From the NCBI GenBank assembly GCA_002313325.1, contig DCBE01000019.1, positions 1-57,220 of the forward strand: 57,220 bases of DNA. Direction: 5' to 3'. Of this stretch, positions 56,462-57,220 are shown piece by piece. Below the pieces are notes generated by a model. That model ran no database searches and had not been told where the DNA came from. It saw nothing but the letters and a program-made list of their open reading frames with translations. The position numbers were made by a program, and so were the translations under genes. The stretch's first letter is position 1; every line of letters begins with the position of its first letter. The stretch comes from Flavobacteriaceae bacterium UBA1115. Its GTDB lineage: Bacteria > Bacteroidota > Bacteroidia > Flavobacteriales > Flavobacteriaceae.

Positions 56462-57220
56462 ATGTTCAAGGACAGCTTTCTAGCTCACCTTCTATTACTG
56501 CTCCTAACGCTCTGCTACAGCTTCGCTGTAAATGCCCAAGAGCCTGATATCCAAAAAGGAAAGTCTTTATTTAATGCCAATTGTGCTGCTTGTCACAAAC
56601 TCAAAAAACGCGCTGTGGGTCCTGCTCTAGCAGGCGTATCTGCCAAGTATGACAAAGAATGGCTTTATACTTGGATTAAGAATTCGACTGCCATGGTAAA
56701 GTCTGGCGATCCCCAAGCGGTTGCCATTTATGAAGAGTACAATGGTTCTGTTATGACCTCGTTTCCACAACTTTCTAACGAGGACATCGATAATATTTTA
56801 GCATACACCGACTATACACCTCCCGCACCAGCTGCTCCTCCCATGACTGCTGCTGCTCCTGCTGAGTCAGGTGGTGGCTTTACAAACGATTTAATCTTAG
56901 CGGTGCTGATGTTGGTTTTGGCTGCTTTGGTAACCATGTTGTTTTTGGTCAACAAAACTCTAAAAAAAATCGCAGCGGCTAACGGCGTTGAAATTATTAA
57001 AAAACAAAAAACAAAGCGTACACCACTTTGGAAAGCCTATGCGCAAAACCCATTCTTGGTGTTTGTTACGGTTGTATTCCTATTGCTTTCAAGCGCATAT
57101 GTTGGATACAGCTATCTGATGCAAGTAGGTATCGACCAAGGGTATATGCCCATTCAACCGATTCACTATTCTCACAAAATTCACTCAGGAGAGAACCAAA
57201 TTGAGTGTAAATATTGCCAT
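56462..57220 (+). CDS. c-type cytochrome, 5' partial: monoheme cyt c domain, Pro/Ala linker, TM helix, then the start of a multiheme (ActA / alternative complex III-like) domain. Runs off the window end.
   Basis: Not in the ORF track because no stop lies within the window. ATG 56462 opens a 253-codon frame to the window end. Features are the signal peptide, heme motif CAACH (56582-56596), a TM segment LILAVLMLVLAALVTMLFLV, and IHYSHKIHSGENQIECKYCH with a second CxxCH at 57206-57220. Confidence 0.8.
   Translation, partial: MFKDSFLAHLLLLLLTLCYSFAVNAQEPDIQKGKSLFNANCAACHKLKKRAVGPALAGVSAKYDKEWLYTWIKNSTAMVKSGDPQAVAIYEEYNGSVMTSFPQLSNEDIDNILAYTDYTPPAPAAPPMTAAAPAESGGGFTNDLILAVLMLVLAALVTMLFLVNKTLKKIAAANGVEIIKKQKTKRTPLWKAYAQNPFLVFVTVVFLLLSSAYVGYSYLMQVGIDQGYMPIQPIHYSHKIHSGENQIECKYCH

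Noticed and set aside
1-57220. I looked across the whole window for CRISPR-like arrays, IS elements or transposases, intact integrases, phage genes, toxin-antitoxin pairs and known defence genes.
   Set aside because: None was found. The only repeats are short (16-19 nt) or in-frame low-complexity coding repeats. Every large ORF has a housekeeping or conserved-DUF assignment. The only mobile-element trace is the integrase-like fragment fused to sdhA.

Overview
This 57.2-kb chromosomal window comes from a Bacteroidota genome that looks Flavobacteriia-like. The evidence is TAnnTTTG-type promoter boxes, little Shine-Dalgarno signal, DUF3078/DUF2480/DUF4270/DUF2723 genes, a b558-type SdhC and an alternative-complex-III-type cytochrome c. 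My hand counts of 100-nt samples give about 42-44% G+C. Coding density is high: about 50 intact CDS, 2 tRNAs (one partial) and 2 multi-frameshift pseudogenes. Nearly everything is core housekeeping:
- a long SUF Fe-S operon on the minus strand (sufA-sufB-lipoprotein-sufC-sufD-sufS-sufE-DUF59-DUF2480)
- queD, lpxH, hflX and thiL
- sdhCAB
- glyQS, xth and radA
- panDC
- rpoN and asnS
- frr-pyrH-tsf-rpsB-rpsI-rplM
- polA
- tRNA-Gln followed by rimP-nusA-infB
- the start of a cytochrome c / ACIII operon

I found no CRISPR array, no intact transposase, integrase or phage gene, and no toxin-antitoxin or recognisable defence cassette. I therefore do not claim a new multi-gene system here.

The most unusual locus is the 5' end of the sdh operon (about 17.0-18.3 kb). 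It is a 25-28% G+C patch covering the promoter, sdhC and a 122-codon in-frame 5' extension of sdhA. That extension replaces the canonical start codon, resembles an integrase Arm DNA-binding domain, and is bracketed by four copies of a TTTGT(A/C)ACAC motif.

Other points worth a second look:
- two pseudogenes (comF-like and a small OM beta-barrel) with five homopolymer frameshifts flanking intact glyQS
- three genes with a -7 box exactly 4 nt upstream of the ATG, suggesting leaderless mRNAs
- a hairpin plus U-tract in the rimP-nusA-infB leader downstream of a tRNA gene
- a thioredoxin-fold protein lacking both catalytic cysteines
- an S2 protein with a 114-aa acidic/lysine-rich tail
- an NlpE-C-like lipoprotein embedded in the suf operon
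- thrombospondin-type-3-like calcium-binding repeats inside a DUF4270 lipoprotein

All family assignments come from reading the translated ORFs and from recalled motifs. No database search was run.
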